From the NCBI GenBank assembly GCA_013239625.1, contig MU053520.1:338934-402933 (forward strand): a stretch of 64,000 nucleotides of DNA, in the 5' to 3' direction. This stretch comes from Lama guanicoe (taxonomy: Eukaryota). Shown here one piece after another: positions 63,088-64,000 of the stretch. The translations under genes and the position numbers were made by a program. How positions within the stretch are numbered: position 1 is the stretch's first letter; every line of letters begins with the position of its first letter. The notes below the pieces were generated by a model. That model worked only from the letters and a program-made list of their open reading frames with translations, did no database searches and was not told the DNA's origin.

Positions 63088-64000
63088 AATACAACTTTAG
63101 TTGTATCAAGTGTTCATGATTTCAATGAAATTATCTTATTATGTGTGTTGACATAGTTACTTCTCAGATTATTATCTCCATTGCTACTTAGCCATAAAAT
63201 ATGTAATATACACAGAATAAACAATAAATGTGCTAGGTGTTGGACACACTATATTGCTAATATGTGTGATAGTGACAGCTAATATTCATTTCTCATTTCC
63301 TATGGGTTATGATACTCTTTTTGTATTCCTTATTATAATTTTACCTGCATAGAAACATATAAGGAAATAATATAATTGTCCCACTCTACAGATCTGGAAA
63401 CATCTCTAGACGATCAGAACAGAGATTTTCCTTCAGCCACGGGGACCTAGAAGCCTTTGCCAAAAAGAAATTACATTCACATTGTGTAAGATTTATGATT
63501 TGTTAATAACTGTCATTTGCCATTTAATTTGAGTGTATCTGCTTATATTTAGAAAAGTAGTTTGTATATCTGTGTGTCACATAATTTATTTCAGAGTCAG
63601 TCTTTCACTTAATTCTTTCTGTTGACATATTTCATTAATAGAAATCTTTCACATGTCCTTAAAAAGAAACATTTGTTTGTTCTGGAAGTAATTTTTAGTC
63701 ATCACACTGTGCCTAGAATAAGGAGACCAAATTGTAGGGCAAAAGCACCTAGATACAAAATACACAGAAGTACTTCTTGGAAAGGAAATTCTTTGTTACC
63801 ATCATAGATTTACTTATTGGACATTTTTGTTAATCTCTCTTTTCTAATCGACTCTAAATCATTGCATTATGATAGCATGTAAATAAAACTTAATACCCTC
63901 CAGCTGTGACAAACATTAGAAAAGCTTTCCCATCAAAATGATTAAGTATACTTGTCTGCAAATACATGAGCTTATCTCTTTCCCAGTGGTGTGTGCTGTC

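Noticed and set aside
1..64000. Minus-strand excess of L1/LTR insertions as evidence of an enclosing + strand gene
   Set aside because: Counts are small and the two end-complete L1s are on the + strand; not significant without gene context.

Overview
AT-rich, CpG-poor mammalian genomic DNA, very probably camelid (alpaca/camel), judged from a Vic-1-type tRNA-derived SINE at 8110-8222. I see no intact host protein-coding gene, RNA gene or CRISPR array. Roughly 40-45% of the window is LINE-1 (by-eye estimate). It holds one full-length decayed L1 (10968-20203), three older L1s with large internal deletions, three 5'-inverted (twin-primed) L1s with TSDs and several short 3' stubs. It also holds a near-full-length Tigger1 with TA TSDs, several MaLR/ERV solo LTRs and old MIR/L2/MER5 fragments. 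The most unusual structure is an antisense L1 nested in the 3' UTR of the full-length L1. It is flanked by a ~320-bp direct duplication that looks like a giant target-site duplication and creates a ~1.3-1.5 kb inverted repeat. Repeat-poor stretches (~3.5-3.9, 31.0-31.5 and 51.8-54.6 kb) carry motif clusters compatible with enhancers, but this is inference. The ORFs in the track are TE fragments, their antisense shadows or chance ORFs. I cannot support a new biological system here. Subfamily names were assigned from memory of consensus motifs and need RepeatMasker/Dfam confirmation.
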